From contig CBDFHR010000009.1 in the NCBI GenBank assembly GCA_965247555.1, positions 1,604,060 to 1,668,059 of the forward strand: a DNA stretch of 64,000 nt, read 5' to 3'. Origin of the DNA: Dehalococcoidia bacterium (lineage in GTDB: Bacteria > Chloroflexota > Dehalococcoidia > Lucifugimonadales > VXLM01). The notes beneath the pieces were generated by a model. The model had not been told where the DNA came from and did no database searches. It saw nothing but the letters and a program-made list of their open reading frames with translations. Position numbers and translations under genes: made by a program. Positions 7,808-17,743 of this stretch are shown here, piece by piece (positions within the stretch are counted from its first letter, which is position 1; each line of letters begins with the position of its first letter).

Positions 7808-8894
7808 CTACACCGGCAGCAGCTTGATGCACACGGGAGCGGGGACGTCGACCTCGTGGCCCGTCGGCTCCGGCATCCCGGTCTCCCGGTTGATGCGGTA
7901 GGTGAGGATGTTGCCGGTGTCCTGATTGGATACCAGCATGTATGTCCCCGAAGGGTCGATGGCGAAGTTGCGAGGAGTCTCGCCCCCGCTCGATACGTGG
8001 CCGACGAATGAAAGCCCGCCGGTGTCCTGGTCGATACTAAAGACGGCGATGCTGTCATGTCCACGATTGGAGCCGTACACGAACTCGCCGGACGGGGACA
8101 CGTGGATGTCGGCGCAGTGGTTGACGCCCTTGAAGTCGTCCGGCAGGGTCGTCACCGTCTCGATCTCGTTGAGCATCCCACGCAGGCCGTCGTAGTGCAT
8201 CGCGGTTATCGAGGAACCCATCTCGTTGAGGAGATAGGCGTACTTGCCGTTCGGATGAAAGGCGAAGTGGCGCGGCCCTCCCCCCGGCGGAGTGCGAGAC
8301 ATACGGCGATTCGGCCGGCGTGAGACTCCCGTCGCCGTGATTGAGCCTGTACGCCAACACCTTGTCGATCCCGAGGTCGGCGGCGAAGGCGAACATGTTG
8401 GTTGGATCGATATTGATCGAGTGCCCGTGAGGCCCCTCCTGACGCTCGGGATCGATGCTCGACCCCTCGTGCTGAGAGAAACCCGCAGCCTCTCCGAGAC
8501 TCCCGTCCTCCTGGACAGGGTATGACGCGACGCTCCCACTCCCGTAGTTGGCCAGCAAGACGTATCGGCTCGTCTGGTCAACTTCAACGTGACAAGGCCC
8601 CGTTCCTTCAGATGACCGTTCGTTCAGGAACGTCAATTCCCCCGTTCGCGAGTCTATCGAGTAGGCCCTCACCACTCCGGTCTTCATGGCCTCGAAGTCC
8701 GCGCACACCGCGTACAGGCTCTTGCCGGACGGAGCGATATCCAAGAACGACGGGTCATTGATTGCTCCGGTCGTGCCGACATGCTCTAGCGCTCCCGTCG
8801 CCATATCAAAGCGGTAGCAGTAGATGCCCTCTGACCCCAGGGACGTGTATGTGCCGATATATACGAGATACTCATTTGCCATCTTGCAGATCAC
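7808..8894 (-). CDS. lactonase, 7-bladed beta-propeller family (6-phosphogluconolactonase-like); frameshifted in this assembly
   Basis: ORFs 8055-8894 and 7808-8587 are the N- and C-terminal halves of one protein (...PYVSHSAGG | GPRHFAFHPNGKYAY...). The frame changes inside a C6 run at 8280-8285, and removing one base restores the frame. Confidence 0.8.
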
Positions 8895-9244
8895 CTCGAA
8901 GTTTCTCTCACCACAATGTGAGGAAATCGGGACGGTTTGTCAAATCGTGGGGATGGTGGTGGGAACTTTCTCTATAAGGATTGGCTTGGAGCTCTAGCGG
9001 AAACCGGATGGTTCGGGTCCAGTTGGGTGGGTCTGCCAAGACTGAATTGCGAACTTTTCGCTGGGAGGTCTTGATATAGGAAGTTGATCAGACGTTCCCG
9101 GCTAGCCCATACGAGCTTCCCGCTCTGAATGCGAGGGCGCAGGGGCAATCGCCGCCACGTGATGCGTTTGGCTCTCCCGGCGCGCGCTTTACAGGAAGCG
9201 GTCATCCGTCCTACCATGCAGACGCTACTTTGAGAGGGTAAGAC

Positions 9245-11223
9245 GTGACTACCGTCAGCCGCTACGCCGTCGAAGAGTTCAAGCACGGCGTCCGCCGAAC
9301 GCAGGACCTCAACGGTCCGGGAATGGAGAAGGAGGCGCGTCATGGTGAAGCCGAAGCTGGCCAGACGCGGTCCTGTGCGGAGTGCAGAACGGACATCTCA
9401 GACCGCCTTCCATATGCCCGCTACTGCATTGAGCATGGCACAGCACTGGCAAAGCAACGCCGATACGACGCCAAGGCCAAGGCGGCTCGCGCACCAAGGG
9501 CGTGCGCGGAGTGCGGGGCGGATATCTCAGTACGCCGCGGCAATGCACGCTACTGCGTCGAGCACAGCACTGTGCTGGCGGCGCAACGCCGCTACGACGC
9601 AAAGGCCAAGGAGGCCCGCGCGGCTGAGGAACGCCCGCCACGCGTGTGTAAGGAGTGTGGTGGGGAGATTAAGGGGCGGCATTTCAACGCCTGGTACTGC
9701 GCCGAGCACACCACGGCTGCCGCCGCCGCGGCGCGTCATGGCGGAGCCGAAGCCAGCCCGGAGCGGTCATGCGCGGAGTGCGGGGCGGACATCTCATACC
9801 GCCGACTCTCTGCCCGCTACTGTGTCGAGCACGGCGGGCCGCCGGCCAAAGCGCGCCGGTGGCGTGCCAAGGCGAAGACACCCCGCTCGCCAAGGGTGTG
9901 CGCGGAGTGCGCGACAAGTATCGAGGAGCGGCATTCCGCTGCTCGATACTGCATCGAGCACGGCACAACGACGGCGACACGTCGCCGCTACAGCGAGCAG
10001 GCCAGGGCGGGTCGCGCACTAAGGGCATGCGCAGAGTGTGGGAAGGACATCTCAGAGCGCCCCTGCAATTTCCACTACTGCGCCGAGCACGGCGGGCAGG
10101 CGAGCAACATGCGCCGCTATCTTGCCAAGCGCAAGGCGGGCACCCTACGTCCTACGCGGTCATGCGAGGAGTGTGGGATTGATATCTCAAGTAGGCATTT
10201 CAATGCCCGCTACTGCGACGAGCATGGTACGCCCCTGACGTGGAGCCGCCGCAACCGTAAGGCGGCCAAGGCGGACCCCACAGAGCGTCCGTGCAAAGAG
10301 TCAAGTGTGGGGCGGATATCTCAAATCGCCCCAGCAACGCCAACTATTGCGCTGAGCATGGCGTGCCCCTGACGTGGGGCCGCCGCAACCACGAGCGGGC
10401 TAAGGCTAGCCGTGCAGGACGGTCATGCGTGGAGTGCGGGTTGGACATCTCGGATCGCCGACGAAACGCTCGCTACTGCACCGAGCATGGTGGGGATGCG
10501 AATACGGAGCGCCGCTACCAGGTTGCCATCAAGGCGGCCCGCACAGGGAGGACGTGCGCGGAGTGCGGAGTAGATATCTCAGAGCAGGGAGGCAGTGCCT
10601 TGTATTGCGTTGAGCATGGCTCGTCCTTGGCGACGAGCCACCGCTACCTCGCTGCGGCAAAGGCGGGCCGCCCTGCTAAGGCATGCGCGGAGTGCGGAGC
10701 GGAAATCACAGAACGCCGCGGCAATGCCCGCTACTGCGCCGAGCACGGCGGGCAGACGGGCACAATCGCCCGCTACCGGGTTGTGGCACAAGCGGCCAGC
10801 TCACTGCGGTCATGCGCGGAGTGCGGAGCAAATATCGGGGAGCGCCCTCCGTCTGCCCACTACTGCGTCGAGCATGGCGGGCCAGCAGGCACGCGCCGAC
10901 GCTACCTCGCGACAGTGCGCGCCCACGAAACCGCGCAGACATTGAGGCAATCGGATGGAGGGCGCGCCGCCTTGCGGTCTCGCGCGCATTCTCGGCGCGC
11001 TGCAGGGAACACTGAGAATATCGCGAAGTTGACTGAGGGTGGGCTGAGACGCATTAGGGGCGGTGAGACGGTTCTCTGTGGGATATGCGAGCAGCCGATA
11101 CTCGATGTCGACGAATTCGAAATCGACCACATCCTCCCGATTACCAAGGGCGGAACGCACGAGTTAGAGAACCTGCAACCTGCGCATGCGATCTGTAACC
11201 GCCGCAAGGGGAATCGGATGTAG
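9245..11223 (+). CDS. 12 tandem CxxC...CxEH zinc-ribbon-like repeats with a C-terminal HNH endonuclease domain, split by a 5-nt insertion near 10301-10305
   Basis: ORFs 9245-10372 and 10291-11223 are in different frames but form one continuous repeat series. Each unit reads about R.CAECG.DIS.R...ARYC.EHG......RRY.AKAKA. The C-terminus is CGICEQPI...EIDHILPITKGGTHELENLQPAHAICNRRKGNR (HNH). The start is uncertain (GTG 9245 or ATG 9323). Confidence 0.8.
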
Positions 11224-11255
11224 TCGCCGCGTAACCAAGCTTCCTGCGAGCCACA

Positions 11256-11333
11256 TGGTGGACCCGACGAGAATCGAACCCGTGACCCTAAACTTCGTGA
11301 GAGAAGTACTCTGTCCACTGAGCTACCGGGGCC
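11256..11333 (-). tRNA. tRNA gene with encoded CCA; anticodon not confidently assignable by eye (CUC/Glu most likely if one base is missing)
   Basis: The reverse complement is GGCCCCGGTAGCTCAGTGGACAGAGTACTTCTCTCACGAAGTTTAGGGTCACGGGTTCGATTCTCGTCGGGTCCACCA. It has a canonical D arm and T arm (ACGGG-TTCGATT-CTCGT). The anticodon stem ACTTC/GAAGT encloses only 6 nt (TCTCAC). Confidence 0.7.
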
Positions 11334-11403
11334 GACCGGATTTTGGCACAGCATAATCCAGCAAGGCCCTTTGGAAGCTATAAACAGTTGCACCGTAGTT
11401 TGG

Positions 11404-11433
11404 TTGACCCTCCTTCCCGACACTACCTATAAT
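11404..11433 (+). promoter_or_regulatory. sigma70-like promoter TTGACC-N18-TATAAT upstream of pheS
   Basis: TTGACC at 11404-11409 and TATAAT at 11428-11433. Confidence 0.55.
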
Positions 11434-11474
11434 GCTTCCACTTGGATATCCCCCTACGGACGCTTTCTCCTGCT

Positions 11475-12527
11475 ATGCAGCCACAGACCGATGTGGTCGA
11501 ACGGACGACTCACGAGGCCCTTGAGCGGCTGAAGGCCGTTTCCGATCTGGACGGTCTCGAAGAGTGGCGCGTGTCCGTGTTGGGCCGGAACGGGGCGCTG
11601 ACGCAGATACTGCGCGGTCTCGGCTCGGTACCGAAGGAGGAGCGACCGCGGCTGGGCGCGGCGGCAAACAGCGCCAAGACCGTCCTGGAGGAACACCTCG
11701 CCGAGCGAGAACAGGAACTGAGGAGCGCCCACCTCGCCGAAGTGGTCGAGCGCGAGAGCATCGACGTGACGCTCCCCGGGTGGCCCGTCCCACAGGGCCG
11801 TCTTCACCCGACGACGCGGATGATGCGAGAGATTACGAGTACCTTTGCCTCGATGGGCTTCCAGGCCGAAGAGGGGCCGGAGATCGAGCTCGACCGCTAC
11901 AACTTCGACATGCTGAACATTCCGGCTGACCATCCGGCACGGGACATGTTCGACACCCTGTGGATCGACCAGGTGGATGAGCAGGGGAAACGCCCGATGC
12001 TCCTGCGAACCCACACATCGCCGATGCAGGCGCGAATCATGGAAAAGACGAGTCCACCGATTAGGGTTGTCGTTCCCGGCAAGGTTTACCGGTACGAGGC
12101 GACCGACGCTACGCACGACTGGCACTTTCACCAAGTCGAGGGCCTCGCGGTCGACAAGGGGATCACCTTCGCGGACCTCAAAGGGACGCTGTACGAGTTT
12201 GCACGACGTACCTTTGGCGAGGACCGGCAGATACGCTTCCGGTGCGACTTCTTCCCCTTCGTCGAGCCGGGGGTGGATATGGCGATCTCGAACTTCAAAG
12301 ACCCCAAGACGGGCAAGCGGCCGATCAATCGCGACGAAGACTGGATCGAGATCCTTGGCGCGGGAATGGTGCATCCCAGTGTCCTAGAGGGAGTCGGCTA
12401 CGACCCTGCCGTGTACACCGGCTTTGCGTTCGGTATCGGAGTCGAGCGGGTCGCGATGCTCAAGTACGGCATCGACGACGTTCGGCTGTTCTACTCGAAC
12501 GACATCCGGTTCCTGCAGCAGGTCTAG
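11475..12527 (+). CDS. pheS: phenylalanine--tRNA ligase alpha subunit
   Basis: Class II motifs are present (HPARDMFDT, LLRTHTSPMQAR, FRCDFFPFVEPG, GFAFGIGVERVAMLKYGI). ATG 11475 is preferred over the TTG at 11442, which would fall at the predicted transcript start. Confidence 0.92.
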   Translation: MQPQTDVVERTTHEALERLKAVSDLDGLEEWRVSVLGRNGALTQILRGLGSVPKEERPRLGAAANSAKTVLEEHLAEREQELRSAHLAEVVERESIDVTLPGWPVPQGRLHPTTRMMREITSTFASMGFQAEEGPEIELDRYNFDMLNIPADHPARDMFDTLWIDQVDEQGKRPMLLRTHTSPMQARIMEKTSPPIRVVVPGKVYRYEATDATHDWHFHQVEGLAVDKGITFADLKGTLYEFARRTFGEDRQIRFRCDFFPFVEPGVDMAISNFKDPKTGKRPINRDEDWIEILGAGMVHPSVLEGVGYDPAVYTGFAFGIGVERVAMLKYGIDDVRLFYSNDIRFLQQV

Positions 12528-12551
12528 CTACCACGTGTCCAGAGGTCCCAG

Positions 12552-14980
12552 ATGCTGATACCCATATCCTGGCTTAAACGCTACGTGCCCGTCGATTTGC
12601 CGGCGAAGGAGCTGGCGCATCGGCTGACCATGGCCGGGCTGGAGATCGACGAGGTACGGGAGGTCGGCGCCGACTGGGGACGCGACAAGGTCGTCGTGGG
12701 CCATGTGATGGCGGTAGACCGGCACCCGAACGCCGACCGACTAACGATGCCTACTCTCGATCTCGGCGGCGGCGAGACGGCGCAGGTGGTATGTGGCGGA
12801 CCGAATCTTGAGGTGGGACAGAAGATCGCCTTCGCCCACGCCGGGGCGGTGCTGTACAGCACCAAGTCGGGGAAGACGCAGCCGTTGAAGCGGTCGAAGA
12901 TCCGAGGCGTCGAGTCGGCAGGCATGGTCTGCTCGGAGGTCGAGTTGGGCCTCGGCGAGGACCACGAGGGCATCATGGTGCTCCCGGAGGACGCGCCCGT
13001 CGGAACGCCGCTCGTGGACTACCTAGGCGATGCCGTACTGGACGCCGACGTGACCCCGAACCGCCCCGACTGTCTCTCGGTTCTGGGAGTTGCTCACGAG
13101 GTGGCCGCCCTTACCGGGGCGACGGTCGTCGAACCCGACCCAATATACCCGGAGTTGGGCGACCCCATCGAGCGGGACGTAACGGTCGAGATCGCCGACC
13201 CTGATCTCTGCTCGCGCTACGCGGCCAGCCTGATTCGTGGCGTCACGGTCGGACCGTCGCCGGACTGGCTGAAGGATGCCCTCGCCGCCGTGGGGATGCG
13301 CCCGATCAACAACATCGTCGACGTGACGAACTACGTCATGCTGGAATACGGCCAGCCCCTTCACGCCTTCGACTTCGATACGATCGGGACTCGACGGTCA
13401 TCGTGAGGGCCGCACGGCCGGGAGAGAAGTTTACGACTCTCGACGAAGAGGAGCGCTTACTCGACCCGCCAATGCTGGCCATCGCCGACTCTCAAGACGC
13501 GATAGCGCTCGCGGGCGTGATGGGCGGACAGAACACCGAGGTCGGCGACTCGACGACCAACGTCTTGATCGAATCGGCGAACTTCGACGCAACCAACACG
13601 CGGAATACGTCCGTCGGCTTAGGTATGCGGACCGAGGCGTCGTACCGGTTCGAGCGCGGCATCCGGCAGGACCTCGTGCCCCGAGCGCTGCGAAGGGCGA
13701 CGGCCATGATGCTCGAATTGGCGGGTGGAGTCGCTGCGAAGGGGATCATCGACGTATTCCCCGTCGTCAAGACTCCGCCGACACTGACGATAGGACCGGA
13801 GCAGTTCCGGCGCGTGCTCGGCACGGACATATCAACCGATACGATAGACGGAGTGTTGACCTCGTTGGGCTTCGAGACGACGCGGGACGGGGACACGCTC
13901 GACGTGCGGACGCCATACTGGCGGGCGGACATCAATATCGCAGAGGACTTGGTTGAAGAGGTCGCGCGGATCGTCGGCTATGACGACGTGCCCGCGACAC
14001 TGATGTCGAGCGAGATTCCCCATCACCAGCCGCGTGCAGAGCGCGAGGTGAGAGAGCGGGTCCGTGACGCATTGGTCGCATCCGGTATGCAGGAGACAAT
14101 CTCCTACTCGGCGACGAGCATTGAATTGCTGGAGAAGGTGGAGGTACGAACGGACGGGCCGGACGCGCCGCTAAGTCTATCGAACCCCATGAGCGCGGAG
14201 TTGACGCACATGCGGACATCGCTTCGCGCCAGCGTGCTCCAGACGCTCGCATTCAATCGACGGATGTCACGCGGTGAGGGCCTTCGGCTCTTCGAGATTG
14301 GATCGGTCTATCTGCCAAGGGAGGAGTCGAAGGAGCGCGACCTGCCGGACGAGAAGGAAATGCTGGTCGGCGTGTTCTCCGGCCCGCGATCCGGAGCATC
14401 GTGGCTCGTGCCTGAGGGCGACATGGACTTCTTCGACGCGAAGGGCGTCATGGAGGCGGTCTTCTCGCAGGTCGGCCTCTCGGAGGAGTACAAGGCGGAC
14501 AGCGATCCGATTCTGCTTCCCGGCAAGACGGCGAGGATCTTCTGCGGGGGCAAGGCGGTCGGCACGATTGGAGAGATACATCCCAAGATCCTCGCGCGCT
14601 TCGGTCTCGACGACGATGGGGTCAGTCTGTTCGAGCTCGACCTGGAGTCGGTATATGTCGCAGCCGGTCGGGTTTCCGTGCATTACGCGCCGATCAGCCG
14701 GTACCCTGAGGCTGAGCAGGACATTGCCATTCTCGTCGACGCAGATGTGCCATCCTCTCGGATTCAGACGATCATCAACCGCCACCGATTGGTGAAGAAG
14801 AGCGCGCCGTTCGACCTATATACCGGCGAGGGAGTACCATCAGGCAAACGGTCGATTGCTTTCAAGGTAACGTTCCAGTCCGACAGGTCGACGCTAACCG
14901 GAGACTTGCTAGATAAGGCGCGGGGAGACATCATTCGACAACTCGAACGCGAGCTGGGCGCGACTCTGCGGGGCGAGTAA
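12552..14980 (+). CDS. pheT: phenylalanine--tRNA ligase beta subunit; frameshifted in this assembly
   Basis: ORFs 12552-13406 and 13403-14980 are two parts of one PheT, with tRNA-binding, B3/4, B5 and FDX-ACB regions. They join as ...HAFDFDTIG | DSTVIVRAARPGEKFTTLD. The frame is restored by adding one G to the G3 run at 13386-13388. Confidence 0.9.
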
Positions 14981-15074
14981 CAACCGTACGTGCAGGGCTC
15001 TAGGAAGACGCCTGCGAGGAGACCGACGGGTGCATAAGCATCGAGAACACCTGCACGGCCACCGGCACGCCGAC

Positions 15075-16337
15075 ATGATCTCCGTCGAGGATGCCAGGGA
15101 GCGCATTCTGGGCTTCTTCACACAGCTCGATATGGAAGAGCGGGCGATATCGGACGCGCTCGGACAGGTGATAACCGAGGACATCGTCGGCAGGTTCGAC
15201 GTGCCGCCCTGGGACAACTCCGCGATGGACGGCTACGCGCTCCGAGCGGCGGACATCGAGGACACTCACCCCGACGCGCCAGTGACGCTCAAAGTTACAG
15301 GCTCGATAGCTGCAGGAGAGTTGCCCACGGAGGTCGTTCAGCGGGGCGCGGCCATTCGGATCATGACGGGAGCGCCGGTGCCCGATGGGGCCGACGCCGT
15401 AGTGCCGTTCGAAGACACCGACGAGGACGAGCGCGGAATGGGCGGGCAAACGCCTGACGAGATATCGGTGCGGGTCGCCGTGCCGTCGAGCGGAAACGTC
15501 CGGCCCGCGGGCGGCGACATAGCGGCGGGAGAGACGGTCATCGAAGCCGGCACTGTCCTGCGAGCGTCCGAAATCGGGGTGCTCGCGTCGCTTGGTTTCG
15601 GGACGGTGAAGGTCGTCCGAAGACCGGTTGTCGCGATTCTGTCGACCGGAAACGAGCTGATCGAGCCTTCGGAGCCCTACCAGCCCGGCAAGATATACAA
15701 CTCCAACAGCTATGGTGTGGAGGCGGCGGTGCGCGCGGCGGGCGGCATTCCGAAGCGGCTGGGAATCGCACGCGACACCGTCGAGTCAATTTCTGCGGCT
15801 CTCCAAGAGGGCATGGCGGGGGCTGACGTAGTCATCTCGACCGCGGGCGTCTCGAAAGGAGATTACGATCTCGTCAAGGACGTATTGGCGCAGCACGGCA
15901 GGATCGAGCTGTGGTCGGTGCGGATGCGCCCTGCCAAGCCGCTGGCCTTCGGAATGCTGTCGGAGGACGGAGGCAGGCAGGTGCCCATGCTCGGCCTTCC
16001 AGGGAACCCCGTAAGCTCGCTCGTCGCCTTCGAGCAGCTGGGGCGGCCGGCTGTCTACAAGATGATGGGGCGGGACGATTTCGAGCGTCCGACGGTGCAG
16101 GCCGTACTCGAAGAGCCGATCCACAACCACGACTCAAGGCGAGTCTACGCCAGAGCAATCGTCACGAAGCGGAACGGGAAGTACTACGCCCGACTGACCG
16201 GCGAGCAAAGTTCGAACGTCCTCACCTCCATGTCCCGCGCCAACGGGCTTGCCATATGCCCCGAAGACGATCCGATCAAAGAGGCCGGAGAGGTCGTGAC
16301 GGTGCAGATGACCGACTGGCCGGAGTCGGTGTTCTAG
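15075..16337 (+). CDS. moeA: molybdopterin molybdenumtransferase
   Basis: MoeA signatures are present: PPWDNSAMDGYALR, RIMTGAPVP, LSTGNELIEP and TAGVSKGDYD. ATG 15075 is preferred to the upstream GTG at 15030. Confidence 0.88.
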   Translation: MISVEDARERILGFFTQLDMEERAISDALGQVITEDIVGRFDVPPWDNSAMDGYALRAADIEDTHPDAPVTLKVTGSIAAGELPTEVVQRGAAIRIMTGAPVPDGADAVVPFEDTDEDERGMGGQTPDEISVRVAVPSSGNVRPAGGDIAAGETVIEAGTVLRASEIGVLASLGFGTVKVVRRPVVAILSTGNELIEPSEPYQPGKIYNSNSYGVEAAVRAAGGIPKRLGIARDTVESISAALQEGMAGADVVISTAGVSKGDYDLVKDVLAQHGRIELWSVRMRPAKPLAFGMLSEDGGRQVPMLGLPGNPVSSLVAFEQLGRPAVYKMMGRDDFERPTVQAVLEEPIHNHDSRRVYARAIVTKRNGKYYARLTGEQSSNVLTSMSRANGLAICPEDDPIKEAGEVVTVQMTDWPESVF

Positions 16338-16374
16338 ACACTGCTCCAACAAGTTCCGAGGGCGTGGACTGCGA

Positions 16375-17625
16375 TCAGCCGAGCGACTCGATGAGGCGTT
16401 CTCGCGCCACCTCGGACTGCTCCCCGTGCGAGAGGTCGCGGAGTACAACGGTGTCCGAGGCGATCTCATCGTCGCCGATGATGACGGCGTGGGTGGCGTC
16501 AATTGACGTTGCGTACCTTAGCTGGCTCCGCAGCCCTCTCGGAGGACCTAGAACGGCGGCGATATCCGCGCGGCGGAGTTCCGACGCTAGTTGAAACCCG
16601 TACGCCTTGGCGGAATCGCCGATGTGGGCGACGAGAACCGTCGTCGGTCGCGACGGCGGGGTCAGAGTACCACGCTTCTTCGCCTCAGCGACCACGCGCT
16701 CAATCCCCATGGCGAAACCGATGCCGGGAGTAGGCTGACCGCCCAACTCCTCAATGAGGCCGTCATATCGTCCACCGGCCAGAACCGTGCTCTGACGGCG
16801 GGCATCGGGTGGAACGAACTCGAAGACGGTACGCGTGTAGTAGTCGAGGCCGCGCACAAGCTGGTGGTCAATCTCATAGGGTATGTTCAGAGCGTCGAGG
16901 TTCTGCCGAAGGCTGTCCCAGTGGACCTTCGACTCGTCGGAGAGATAGTCGATGCTCTTTGGCGCGCCAGGCAGCAGCGGCTGTACCTCCTCGTCCTTGG
17001 AGTCGAGCACGCGCAGGGTGTTTTCTCTCAGCCGCCGTTGGTCGTCGTGCGACAGGATCTCGGCGTGCGGCGCGAAGTAGTCTCGTAGCGCTTCCAAGTA
17101 CGTCGGTCTCGACTGCGCGTCACCGATGCTGTTCATGAGTAGCGTCACGTCCGTCATCCCGAACGCTTCCAGCACTCGCCACGCAAGCTCGATGATCTCG
17201 GCATCAAGGGCGGGATCGGAATCCCCAAAAGCCTCGACGCCGAACTGCCAGAACTCGCGGAACCGTCCCGCCTGTGGCCGTTCGAATCGGTACATGGGCA
17301 TGATGTAGTACAGCCGGGTAGGCTGAGGCCTGTTGTGCAGGCCCCTTTCGACGTATGCGCGGCAAACACCCGGTGTTCCCTCCGGTCGGAGGGTTAGCGA
17401 ATGCCCTCCCCTGTCCTCAAAGGTGTAGGTCTCCTTCTGAACGATATCCGTCGACTCGCCTGTAGTACGCAAGAACAGGTCGGAGTCCTCGAAGGTGGGT
17501 GGGAGGATGGGCGCGTATCCGAAGGTCTCGGCCAGATCTGCGCACACACGATGAACCGCGAGGCGATCGCGCTGGTCTTCGGGCAGGATATCGGTCGTGC
17601 CCCTTGGGGCCTGAAAGGAGGTCAT
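16375..17625 (-). CDS. hisS: histidine--tRNA ligase
   Basis: Begins MTSFQAPRGTTDILPED. Also has LRPEGTPGVCRAY, RLYYIMPMYRFERPQAGRFREFWQFG, GGRYDGL and GIGFAMGIERV. Confidence 0.92.
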   Translation of the reverse strand: MTSFQAPRGTTDILPEDQRDRLAVHRVCADLAETFGYAPILPPTFEDSDLFLRTTGESTDIVQKETYTFEDRGGHSLTLRPEGTPGVCRAYVERGLHNRPQPTRLYYIMPMYRFERPQAGRFREFWQFGVEAFGDSDPALDAEIIELAWRVLEAFGMTDVTLLMNSIGDAQSRPTYLEALRDYFAPHAEILSHDDQRRLRENTLRVLDSKDEEVQPLLPGAPKSIDYLSDESKVHWDSLRQNLDALNIPYEIDHQLVRGLDYYTRTVFEFVPPDARRQSTVLAGGRYDGLIEELGGQPTPGIGFAMGIERVVAEAKKRGTLTPPSRPTTVLVAHIGDSAKAYGFQLASELRRADIAAVLGPPRGLRSQLRYATSIDATHAVIIGDDEIASDTVVLRDLSHGEQSEVARERLIESLG

Positions 17626-17743
17626 GGCGTCGAGGGTACAGGGTACGAGGGCACAAGGACGGTAGTCAACGATTTTCAAGCCGCACGAGAGCCGGTCCCG
17701 GTCTCCCCACGGGCACGAAATCGTCTCATGGTATACTCACTGT

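Noticed and set aside
8972-9343. The 123-aa minus-strand ORF in the spacer upstream of the repeat-HNH gene.
   Set aside because: It has no recognisable motif or RBS and overlaps the 5' end of the plus-strand gene. The region is better treated as non-coding or promoter sequence. It remains a place to look for att-like repeats.
9340-10950. Regular repeats with a roughly 129-nt period might have been a CRISPR-like array. The same applies to the 111-126-nt repeats at 63150-64000.
   Set aside because: The repeats are contiguous with no unique spacers and lie in frame in a long ORF. They encode a conserved Cys/His motif and vary at third-codon and surface positions, so they are coding tandem repeats.
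11256-11333. tRNA-Sec (selC) was considered, because TCA occurs in the anticodon loop and a Sec-containing selD is present.
   Set aside because: It is only 78 nt including CCA. It has no long variable arm and a standard 4-bp D stem, and TCA does not fall at positions 34-36 in any 7-nt loop register with U33.
7808-14980. The lactonase and pheT could have been interpreted as genuine pseudogenes.
   Set aside because: Both are restored by single-base changes in mononucleotide runs and are otherwise undegraded. pheT is essential, so sequencing or assembly error is the simpler explanation.
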